Of a stretch of DNA of 64,000 nt, positions 48,552-56,201 are shown piece by piece. Source of the DNA: Thermoproteota archaeon (GTDB taxonomy: Archaea; Thermoproteota; Bathyarchaeia; Bathyarchaeales; Bathyarchaeaceae); NCBI GenBank assembly GCA_042565955.1, contig JBHORG010000005.1, positions 14,025-78,024 on the forward strand, written 5' to 3'. Made by a program: the position numbers and the translations under genes. How positions within the stretch are numbered: the stretch's first letter is position 1; every line of letters starts with the position of its first letter. The notes under the pieces were generated by a model. It had not been told where the DNA came from, ran no database searches, and saw nothing but the letters and a program-made list of their open reading frames with translations.

Positions 48552-49278
48552 AGAAAATTTAACAAAAATTGCGGATATGGATGTACAGACTGTAAGAAAG
48601 GACATAAAAAACATGCATCTCGGAGTTTACCCCCCAAATGGGAGAGTCAGAGTTGCTGCTCCATTAGAAACAACCGATGAAAAAATCAAATTACTAGTTC
48701 TTTCAAAAATGGCTTGGATAAAAAGAAATCAGGCAAAATTCAGAAACCAAGAACGTGAAACAAGACGAGAATATGTTTCTGGAGAAAGTCATTTCTTTAT
48801 GGGAAAAAGATACTTGTTAAACGTAATTCACACGAACTTGAAACAAAAAATTGTGACAACCAGAAATTCTCACATCGACATGATTATCCGACCAAAAACA
48901 AGCCAGAAAAAAAGAGAGGAATTACTGAATACTTTTTATCGGTCAGAACTGAAAAAACAAATTCCTCCCCTTTTAGAAAAATGGGAAAAAATCACGGGAG
49001 TCAAGGTTAACGAATTTAGAATCAAAAGAATGAAAACTAAATGGGGCAGTTGCACCCCAGAACACAAAAGAATATGGTTCAATCTTGAATTGGCAAAAAA
49101 AACACTCCATTGCTTGGAATATGTTTTGGTTCATGAGCTAACTCATATTGTCGAAAAGAATCACACAGAGAAATTCAAGTTATTAATGTATTCTTTTATG
49201 CCGAAATGGGCACAATACAAAGAAGAACTTAATAGTGGCAAAATAGGTCATTTCACTTGGGACTATAAAGTTGAGTAA
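48541..49278 (+). CDS. DUF45 / YgjP-like zinc metallopeptidase-fold protein
   Basis: 245 aa. KWGSCTPEHKRIWFNLEL...LEYVLVHELTHIVEKNHTEKF carries the HExxH motif in the DUF45 pattern. Overlaps the hsdR stop by 11 nt. Confidence 0.75.
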   Translation: MVTKENLTKIADMDVQTVRKDIKNMHLGVYPPNGRVRVAAPLETTDEKIKLLVLSKMAWIKRNQAKFRNQERETRREYVSGESHFFMGKRYLLNVIHTNLKQKIVTTRNSHIDMIIRPKTSQKKREELLNTFYRSELKKQIPPLLEKWEKITGVKVNEFRIKRMKTKWGSCTPEHKRIWFNLELAKKTLHCLEYVLVHELTHIVEKNHTEKFKLLMYSFMPKWAQYKEELNSGKIGHFTWDYKVE

Positions 49279-49483
49279 AGTGAGCCCCCAATGTCTTTTG
49301 TTAGTTATTTCTTTCTTCCAATGATTTACTAATTATGTTTTTTGTGCATTCTAAAGAACATTTGAATAAAGTTCTCAAAACTCTTTGGAGATCATAAAAC
49401 TGTTTTGTCCTCTTTATTCTCCTCATACTATTTCCATGCCTTTACAGGCCTTCTTTAGTTTATTCATGCAATGCAATAAAAGA

Positions 49484-50200
49484 TTACCACCAATTTCTTG
49501 TTCTTTGCACTATTTCGAATCCGCCAACATCAACCTCGAAATCTTTGCCTTCAAAGTTTGCTTTAACATGGACCCTAATTTTATATGGATAGGCTAGCGT
49601 TTGTTTTCCTTTCGGAATAAAACTGATTTTAGGTATACCATATTCTTGATTGGTCATGTCAATTAGGATAATTTGAGAGTGTCTTCGATATTCACGTATT
49701 TTCCAAAGTTTACGTTGAATTACAAGTTCATCAGATAGAATTTTAAAGCGTTGATGTAGAGTTTTGCCTTCTAATTTGGCATCAAACTCTTTTATGCGAT
49801 CCTGCTCCAACTTGTTGAAGTAATTGCGAGATAACCGAGTATAGTAAGGTTTGATTTTGTTCATATCACGAATAACAGTTCTGCGACTAATCCCCAACAT
49901 CTCAGCGATTTCACTCTGTGCATATTTCTCAGAAAGTAGCCAACAGAGTTTACGTCGTAATCGTTCTTTCTGGTATTGATTGATGGATTTGTAGTATTTT
50001 CTTATGCGACGATAAACCGCTTTTTTACATCTTTTTTCCGTTTTATCTTGTGAATTAATTAGTTTTTCGCTACTTAATTGATTGTTTTTCTTTACTTGAA
50101 AACCTTTAAAATAGCCTATTTTTCGTAAAGCGTCAATTATTTCGTTTATTTCCTGTCCATTCTTCATATCTTCAACATTAATTTTAACATTTTGTGACAT
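49484..50200 (-). CDS. HTH DNA-binding protein (sigma-70 region-4 / resolvase-like HTH)
   Basis: 238 aa. The HTH is YAQSEIAEMLGISRRTVIRDMNKIK. The rest of the protein is unassigned. Confidence 0.5.
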   Translation of the reverse strand: MSQNVKINVEDMKNGQEINEIIDALRKIGYFKGFQVKKNNQLSSEKLINSQDKTEKRCKKAVYRRIRKYYKSINQYQKERLRRKLCWLLSEKYAQSEIAEMLGISRRTVIRDMNKIKPYYTRLSRNYFNKLEQDRIKEFDAKLEGKTLHQRFKILSDELVIQRKLWKIREYRRHSQIILIDMTNQEYGIPKISFIPKGKQTLAYPYKIRVHVKANFEGKDFEVDVGGFEIVQRTRNWW

Positions 50201-50260
50201 TTTTCATCATTAACTTTCATGTTGTTTTCAAGTCTTTCGACTACTTTTCTTCACTTTTTG

Positions 50261-51133
50261 TCACAAGTTTAGACATTTGAGATCACTAACACGCCCGTTC
50301 GCTTTCAAAGCATAAACTAATTCTCTCAATTCAGTTATGAGTAACATATGTTGATCCATACCCTTCGCAAACGTTTCAAGACTGTTCTCAATTCGTTCTA
50401 ACCGATTTGGCATTCTAAGAAAATTTGCTGCTGAAACTGGATCGGTTATATCGATTTCAGCATATCCGTTACTCCGATCAATCTTCCCGGATTCTGTATC
50501 TAGCTGAAAGTTCTCAGACCACTCACCAACAATAGGAGCGTATATACCAAAATGTGGTTTACGACTTAATTTTGGTCTACCAAGATTCATAAGAAATTTC
50601 TGCTCGAGATATGAAGCCAGATTATTAGCTTCATCCCTGCTCTTGAAAAGGAGTTCATACGGATTATCACCATACAAAACATTCGTAAGTATTTCTACAC
50701 TATTCGTGTTTTTTCTCACCGTAAGACCTAATTCCTGACCTATCAGTTGCCCCCAGTTGTGTAATTCAACTCGGCGCCAATCAATCGTTATTTCGGGCTG
50801 TTGCACGATTGGATATAGCCAATAACAATTATGCAAACGAATTTTATGGGAAAAAGCTTTTTTCTCGATCTCTTCGAGAAATTTTGAACCATTCTGAGTT
50901 AAGTGAAAAAGTGTAATTAAACCTCTTGTTTTTACATGGTATCCTTCAACAGATTCTTGCTTCTCGATATAATCTAATCGTTCTAATTTCTTAATATAAT
51001 AATGAATTAAGTTCCTTTCCAACCCTAGCTGACGTGCAATCAAACTAGGATAATTTCCATCTTTTAACCCTCTTAGAATAGCACTAACAGTGTTCAAATT
51101 CTTTTGTCTAAAATTTGAACATAATTCATTCAT
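50261..51133 (-). CDS. winged-helix DNA-binding protein with unassigned C-terminal domain
   Basis: 290 aa. YPSLIARQLGLERNLIHYYIKKLERLDYIEKQ is a MarR/ArsR-like wHTH. The ~190-aa C-terminal region is unrecognised. Confidence 0.5.
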   Translation of the reverse strand: MNELCSNFRQKNLNTVSAILRGLKDGNYPSLIARQLGLERNLIHYYIKKLERLDYIEKQESVEGYHVKTRGLITLFHLTQNGSKFLEEIEKKAFSHKIRLHNCYWLYPIVQQPEITIDWRRVELHNWGQLIGQELGLTVRKNTNSVEILTNVLYGDNPYELLFKSRDEANNLASYLEQKFLMNLGRPKLSRKPHFGIYAPIVGEWSENFQLDTESGKIDRSNGYAEIDITDPVSAANFLRMPNRLERIENSLETFAKGMDQHMLLITELRELVYALKANGRVSDLKCLNL

Positions 51134-51272
51134 TCACTAGAACTCCAAACTAATCTTAAAAACATCTAGATGTGAGTGTGCATGTAGAAATGCATTAATA
51201 GAAGTTATTAACTTCCTTTGACTTCCTGATGAAAGGGGATGTTTTCAAATAACATTGAGTTGGTGAGAATGT

Positions 51273-52544
51273 TTGTCAGGTACAGAAGGGGAAAAAGAAA
51301 GTATTCTGAAAATAATTCAATCTAGAAGGAAAACTTATGCTTGTGTTTTTGTTCAGAGTGCAATAACAAAGAAAAATGGGAAATGGCGAAATATAGTTAC
51401 AAAAATGGTTCCACTTTATTCCAAGAATGGCTTAGAATCATTGAAAAAATGGGATTATGGAAATTTTGCTATCATTGAAAGTATAATTTCAATTGAAAAA
51501 TTAGAGGATTTAGTCAGAGATATAAAGGCAAATTGTGAAGTATTTTTCTCTTTAGAGAATTACGAAATTGAAAGCCCGGCTGGATCACTTCGTTACAATT
51601 ATGAATATGACAGTGGAGATAATAAATTAAATATTCCATGGTTTTTTAAGTTATTTTCTTACTCGCCAAATATTACCGTAAGTCATAATGGTCCTTTATT
51701 CTCTCCTAACTTGCCGTTATTTCGTGATGCTTCTGATTCTATTTCTCATGTTTTAAACATTGATCGTTCAAGGTCTTACTCTAATGGTATTTTGTTTTGT
51801 TTACCAAATTATTATGCAAGGATTAGAGAGGTTAGAATAGGACCAAAAGAACTATCACTTCTAATCGAACCTAAAGCGGAAAAAATTGATAACATTGTTG
51901 CAAAATGTTCCTGTAGTAGCGGAAATTTAATGAAACAAGTTGATTTTGAAATCTCTGATTGTCGTGGTCGTGTTTTTATTGGTTTTCGTCCCGAAGCAGC
52001 ATTTTTAGGACTAATTTCGAGGCCCAAGAATGAATTATTAGATAAACGGGAGTTCCACTCGAGTTGGGGACTTCCCAAAGACGTTATTATCGATATACCA
52101 GAGTTTGAAATAAAGCAATTAATAGAGCAAGGTGAATCTAAAAATGTCGAGTTTAAAAGACGGATAGAGAGTCGCCCCGGAGATGTAAAAGAGTTTTTGG
52201 AATCAATAGTTTCGTTTGCAAACTCGGACGGAGGAGTAATCCTCTTGGGTGTAGGCGATGATACTCAAATCTGTGGATTGTTAGAAAAAGACACAGAAGC
52301 AAGAATTAATGACATTGTAAGAAGTCACTGTATACCGGAACCTAAATTCGAATACATTAAACGCCAGGTTGGAGAAAATGAGATTGCTGTCATCAAAGTG
52401 GAAGAGGGTACAGATAAGCCTTATACAATTTGGCAGAAAGGTGTTTTTATTAGGGCAGAAAGCTCGGATAGAATAGCAGAACGATATGAACTTGATGAAA
52501 TCTATAGGTCTAAAACTGAGTCAGATTCTTCGTACTCTTACTAA
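51273..52544 (+). CDS. AlbA_2 (Schlafen-type divergent AAA / putative DNA-binding) domain protein with novel N-terminal domain
   Basis: 423 aa with a TTG start. The C-terminal ~130 aa (EQGESKNVEFKRRIES...FLESIVSFANSDGGVILLGVGDD...AVIKVEEGTDKPY) matches the AlbA_2 pattern. The N-terminal ~280 aa are unassigned. Confidence 0.55.
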   Translation: MSGTEGEKESILKIIQSRRKTYACVFVQSAITKKNGKWRNIVTKMVPLYSKNGLESLKKWDYGNFAIIESIISIEKLEDLVRDIKANCEVFFSLENYEIESPAGSLRYNYEYDSGDNKLNIPWFFKLFSYSPNITVSHNGPLFSPNLPLFRDASDSISHVLNIDRSRSYSNGILFCLPNYYARIREVRIGPKELSLLIEPKAEKIDNIVAKCSCSSGNLMKQVDFEISDCRGRVFIGFRPEAAFLGLISRPKNELLDKREFHSSWGLPKDVIIDIPEFEIKQLIEQGESKNVEFKRRIESRPGDVKEFLESIVSFANSDGGVILLGVGDDTQICGLLEKDTEARINDIVRSHCIPEPKFEYIKRQVGENEIAVIKVEEGTDKPYTIWQKGVFIRAESSDRIAERYELDEIYRSKTESDSSYSY

Positions 52545-52746
52545 AACTTATTTGCCCAAAAATGTCTCGAGATTAAACAACAAATTATTTTTTGTTGCGT
52601 AAGTTCAAATCCAAACCCCGCACGATTTATCCCGAATAATCACTGTTAGATTTATTTATTCTGAAACTCCAATTAAAAAAATAATGACTTCTGAACCGCA
52701 TAGAATTTGATATTAAAAAACAAGAGCAACATTAGAGAACCAAAGT

Positions 52747-53235
52747 TCAAATTTCAATTGTATTACTTTCAAATTTTTTTCCTATTAACATGACTTTTCT
52801 GACCAATTTTTTTGGTTTTCTCTCCAGAGGTATACCAACAACATTACAAGTCTTGAAGACGTCGACTCCATTAGCTTCAGGGATTTCAAGAAGAACCAAA
52901 TTATCGTTTTTACTATTAATGAAAGTTCTAGCTTCATCTAACAATTTTTTTCTTACTGATCCTTGCCAATACAACAAACAGCGAGCCTGTTTATCGCTCC
53001 ATTTTGGATGTAATTTCTTCATTCGATTAGCTTGAGAATCGAGATCAAAAGACCAAACAACCAAATAGAAAGGTGAAACAATTAATTCGTGTAAAGTCTT
53101 AGAAAATGGAGGACATTTTGGTTTTTTTCCATAATTTGGACATCCTCGGGGATGGTTTGGGTAAGGTAACATGCACCATGGTCCCCTGGCTCGCCCGTCT
53201 AAAATTATGTTCTCTTCATTTATCTGTATAATCAT
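52747..53235 (-). CDS. Cys-rich putative metal-binding protein (DUF2284-like motif)
   Basis: 162 aa. GPWCMLPYPNHPRGCPNYGKKPKCPP resembles the C..C.NYG....CPP signature I associate with DUF2284. It is the last gene of the four-gene cassette, 20 nt after the HD gene stop. Confidence 0.5.
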   Translation of the reverse strand: MIIQINEENIILDGRARGPWCMLPYPNHPRGCPNYGKKPKCPPFSKTLHELIVSPFYLVVWSFDLDSQANRMKKLHPKWSDKQARCLLYWQGSVRKKLLDEARTFINSKNDNLVLLEIPEANGVDVFKTCNVVGIPLERKPKKLVRKVMLIGKKFESNTIEI

Positions 53236-53255
53236 TAGGTTTAACCAAACTTTAT

Positions 53256-54605
53256 TTACAAAAAGACGTTTGGTCCATTAGATTGTTTGTCCTCGAAATC
53301 TTTGAACGTTTCTATTTTGACTTTTTCTGGATTTTCATGTTCCAGATAATACTTTATTATTTTTTTACTACTGTTATCAATTGTCCAAAATTTAAGTATC
53401 AAATTTCTATGTTTTCCATCAACGGCACTTCTTAGAACATTACCCCATTTATTCTTTTTATTTTCGAAATAGTTCGCAACTTCACTGGCTACATTTTGTA
53501 TTTCAGAGTCTATAAGATGACCGTTTGAAGGGAAATAAAATCTGACTGCATAGTCAATTAATTTATTATCGAACTCATTAATTATCAGTTCTGTTTGTGC
53601 ATCACCACGTTTAGTAATGTCCACTAATCTTGGTCTCCCCCATTCTTGCATTTCATCGACAAGCGTTAGAAGAAATGGGAAATTGGTTAATTTCAGATGA
53701 TATATGTCATCACAACTATGAGCCGCAATCGCCCGAACTATTTCTCTTCTAATCATGAACTGCCTAGCATCATCAGGTTCTAGTGCTTTTAACTGATCCA
53801 TCATAAAATCCGATTCCCTAAAAAAGACTAGGTCTTTCATTAGAATAATGCTGCTTATTATTCCGTGGTTAAAATCACTCAAAGCATGCATAAATTTTTG
53901 ATAATATTTTGGTTGTAGATGAACAAAGAAGCCACCATCTGAGTTACTAATCAGGTTTGAACTCATGAAACGAAGTGCAAAATCGCTGATGTTTCCAAAT
54001 TGAAGAAAATAACTGTGTGCAAGTTCTTGAACGGATACAGCACCAAATTGCTGAAGAATCGTTCTGACGCTTTGATTTATTTTAAAGATGCCCTGTAAAG
54101 AATAACCCAAATCGTGAGTCAAAGCCATGATGCACCACATGGCTTCCTTTTCTTCCTTTGAGATTGTTACGCTATCAGATACGTCAATTTTGTCAAAACC
54201 AAATGATTCACGAACTAAATAATCTCCCAAGAGGAACACTCTGAAAATATGAATTAGATGATCTCTATAATGTTCAACAGCGCCATATAAAAGAAACTCA
54301 AATTTCTGAAATTCATTAAGAAAGTCATATAATTTCTTTGTTCCTAATGCAAGATCATCGTTATATTTCTCTCTTTTATCTTTCTTTTTTAAGTAGACAA
54401 TCGCGTCTTCAATCATGGATTTCCAAAGTAGTTTCAGAGGTTCGGCTTGTAAAGTGAGTTTAATTTCGTTTTTTATAAGTTCAAGGGCCATTTTAGAGTT
54501 TTTTCTCACAAATTTAATGTCTTCTACATTTTTTTTAAAATACTCCAAGAGTTTTCTATCTTCATTAATTGTAACGTTTTTTAGAGTTTTTTTCTCTAAA
54601 TTCAT
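53256..54605 (-). CDS. HD-domain (metal-dependent phosphohydrolase superfamily) protein
   Basis: About 449 aa from ATG 54605 (the track GTG is at 54632). The H...HD...H...D pattern comprises YRDHLIHIFRV, MALTHDLGYS, FNHGIISS and AAHSCDDIYH. The ATG overlaps the radical SAM TGA stop (ATGA). Confidence 0.65.
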   Translation of the reverse strand: MNLEKKTLKNVTINEDRKLLEYFKKNVEDIKFVRKNSKMALELIKNEIKLTLQAEPLKLLWKSMIEDAIVYLKKKDKREKYNDDLALGTKKLYDFLNEFQKFEFLLYGAVEHYRDHLIHIFRVFLLGDYLVRESFGFDKIDVSDSVTISKEEKEAMWCIMALTHDLGYSLQGIFKINQSVRTILQQFGAVSVQELAHSYFLQFGNISDFALRFMSSNLISNSDGGFFVHLQPKYYQKFMHALSDFNHGIISSIILMKDLVFFRESDFMMDQLKALEPDDARQFMIRREIVRAIAAHSCDDIYHLKLTNFPFLLTLVDEMQEWGRPRLVDITKRGDAQTELIINEFDNKLIDYAVRFYFPSNGHLIDSEIQNVASEVANYFENKKNKWGNVLRSAVDGKHRNLILKFWTIDNSSKKIIKYYLEHENPEKVKIETFKDFEDKQSNGPNVFL

Positions 54606-55624
54606 GCTTTTATTGCCTCTATAGATAAGCACAGGGGATCAGTAGATTTTACGATTGAATTCCCTCCAATAAGTCTCTGCGCGAGACATCCTCCTTTACA
54701 ATTTAAGAATGAACTACAAGCTTTACAGTCTGACATTAGAATTAAACTTTGGAATGTTCTAATTTGTGTAAAAAGCTCTGATTGTTTCCAAATCTTCGTG
54801 AGAGAACTAGTTCTTAGATTATTGTCGATATAATTTTCTGCAAGGAATTTCATCGCTTCACAAGGAACTATACGCCCATCGAAGCGAATTGTCATTCTAT
54901 TTAGACCAGCTGTGCAATCATTCTTTCTGTGAAATCCAAATGGACTAAAAGGAGTACCTATCCTAACAAATCCACCTTCATCAAAATTAGATAGTATGTT
55001 TCTTAACTCCGCAAGGTCTTGAGTTTTCAATCTTATTTTCTGGTAATTTTCTTTCCCTCTTCCTTGAGGAACAAATCTCAGAATGCTGACCTGTTTGATA
55101 GCTAGATCTTTCGATAAAGATACAACGTCAGGCAGAACTTTGTAATTTAGTGAAATGGGTACAAAATGTATTTCGGGTTGTAACCCACAAGCTTCAGCAC
55201 AAGAAATGGAAGACAATGTGTTCTCAAAACTACCTTTTACATTAGTAATCGATTCATGAATTTTACTATTTGGACCTTGTAGATTGAAAATTAGATTCGC
55301 TGACTTTAAACCTGAAAGGAATTTAAGGTCAGTTGTTCTTAGCTGTGACAACTTCCCTTCTTCAAGGACATTCCCGCAAGTATAAATTGTAAGGTGCACA
55401 CCACGGTTTGAAATATATTGACAAATTTCTTTAAGTAATGGAGACGAAAATGGTTCACCTCCAGAAATAAGAAATGATTTGGCACCTAGGGCTATAGATT
55501 CATCAATTACAGCTAACCATTCATTCAGATTTAATTCTCTTGGATGAGGTTTACCCCCATTAGAAGAACAAATCAAGCAATTTAGGGGACATTTTCTAGT
55601 GATTTCTAGAGTAATGTCAATCAT
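54602..55624 (-). CDS. radical SAM / SPASM-domain enzyme
   Basis: 340 aa. ITRKCPLNCLICSS is the CxxxCxxC motif and ISGGEPF is present. The C-terminal CTAG...FDGRIVPCE...CKACSSFLNCKGGCLAQ fits a SPASM/twitch cluster domain. The ATG overlaps the upstream gene's TGA (ATGA). Confidence 0.8.
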   Translation of the reverse strand: MIDITLEITRKCPLNCLICSSNGGKPHPRELNLNEWLAVIDESIALGAKSFLISGGEPFSSPLLKEICQYISNRGVHLTIYTCGNVLEEGKLSQLRTTDLKFLSGLKSANLIFNLQGPNSKIHESITNVKGSFENTLSSISCAEACGLQPEIHFVPISLNYKVLPDVVSLSKDLAIKQVSILRFVPQGRGKENYQKIRLKTQDLAELRNILSNFDEGGFVRIGTPFSPFGFHRKNDCTAGLNRMTIRFDGRIVPCEAMKFLAENYIDNNLRTSSLTKIWKQSELFTQIRTFQSLILMSDCKACSSFLNCKGGCLAQRLIGGNSIVKSTDPLCLSIEAIKA

Positions 55625-55809
55625 CGGATTTTGCTCCCAAATTGCTCAAGCTCTTTCTCTTCAATTTCCAATGCTTTTTTAATAAGATAAATAAGGTATT
55701 TACTTCTTGAAGTTGAACCAAGTGGATTAAATTTCTCTCTCATAGATTGAGCATTAGCCAATCTTTTAAGGAGTTCTGATTCAGCAGAGAAAGATAATTG
55801 CTTTACCAT
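55621..55809 (-). CDS. small ribbon-helix-helix-like protein (CopG/Arc type) or substrate peptide
   Basis: 62 aa from ATG 55809 (the track GTG is at 55821). MVKQLSFSAESELLKRLANAQ...SKYLIYLIKKALEIEE shows a strand-helix-helix pattern. It contains no Cys. Confidence 0.45.
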   Translation of the reverse strand: MVKQLSFSAESELLKRLANAQSMREKFNPLGSTSRSKYLIYLIKKALEIEEKELEQFGSKIR

Positions 55810-55874
55810 AATATACAACACGTTATATCATTATACAGTAGTTTGTTTTGAGATGATGTACTATAAAAGTTTTC

Positions 55875-55889
55875 ACACTAAAATAGTGT
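55875..55889. promoter_or_regulatory. inverted repeat ACACTA-aaa-TAGTGT upstream of the four-gene cassette (candidate operator)
   Basis: Perfect 6-bp arms with a 3-nt spacer, about 66 nt upstream of ATG 55809. A TATA-like TTTATAG (minus strand, 55861..55867) lies next to it. Confidence 0.25.
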
Positions 55890-56055
55890 AAATAAAATTA
55901 ATGTACATTACTATAATTCAAAGTTTAAATAAGAACCTTGTTGATAAATGTAATTTAGCAGTTTTTACTCTTTATTTACTTTCAAGGAAACTTCCCAGGA
56001 CAAATAGAAAAATAGAAGGGAGTAAAATAGGCTGTTTTTTTTAAAAAAAAGAGGT

Positions 56056-56070
56056 TGTTTATGAGCCTCT
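56056..56070. repeat. inverted-repeat arm (TGTTTATGAGCCTCT) adjacent to attR core
   Basis: Perfect reverse complement of 38504..38518. It lies 9 nt left of the attR core. Confidence 0.7.
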
Positions 56071-56079
56071 GGATGTTAG

Positions 56080-56102
56080 TTAATTACTATTTATACGTTT
56101 CT
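56080..56102. repeat. attR core (direct repeat copy 2)
   Basis: TTAATTACTATTTATACGTTTCT. It differs from copy 1 only at position 18 (G versus A). Confidence 0.75.
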
Positions 56103-56201
56103 TCCACAGTTTAGTAGTCTTTTCAATGTTATCATTTTCAATGTTTTACTCCAAATGTTTTCGCACAATAATATTCTAGCTAATTTAACCGAGAAAAAAA
56201 C

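Larger units (their letters stand above)
38481..56102. mobile_element. integrated element (~17.6 kb) with tyrosine integrase, Type I R-M and accessory/defence-like cargo
   Basis: Bounded by 23-bp direct repeats TTAATTACTATTTATAC[A/G]TTTCT (38481..38503 and 56080..56102, 22/23 identical). The integrase abuts the left repeat. The cargo is all non-housekeeping and, by eye, more A/T- and Lys/Asn/Ile-rich than the flanks. It sits between the rpl44e operon and a pflX-like gene. Confidence 0.8.

Noticed and set aside
52603-52612. GTTCAAATCC (tRNA T-loop-like 10-mer) in the convergent intergenic region inside the element, possibly a tRNA fragment or old att site
   Set aside because: The flanking bases cannot form a T-stem or acceptor stem. 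A single 10-mer match is within chance expectation for 128 kb of two-strand sequence.
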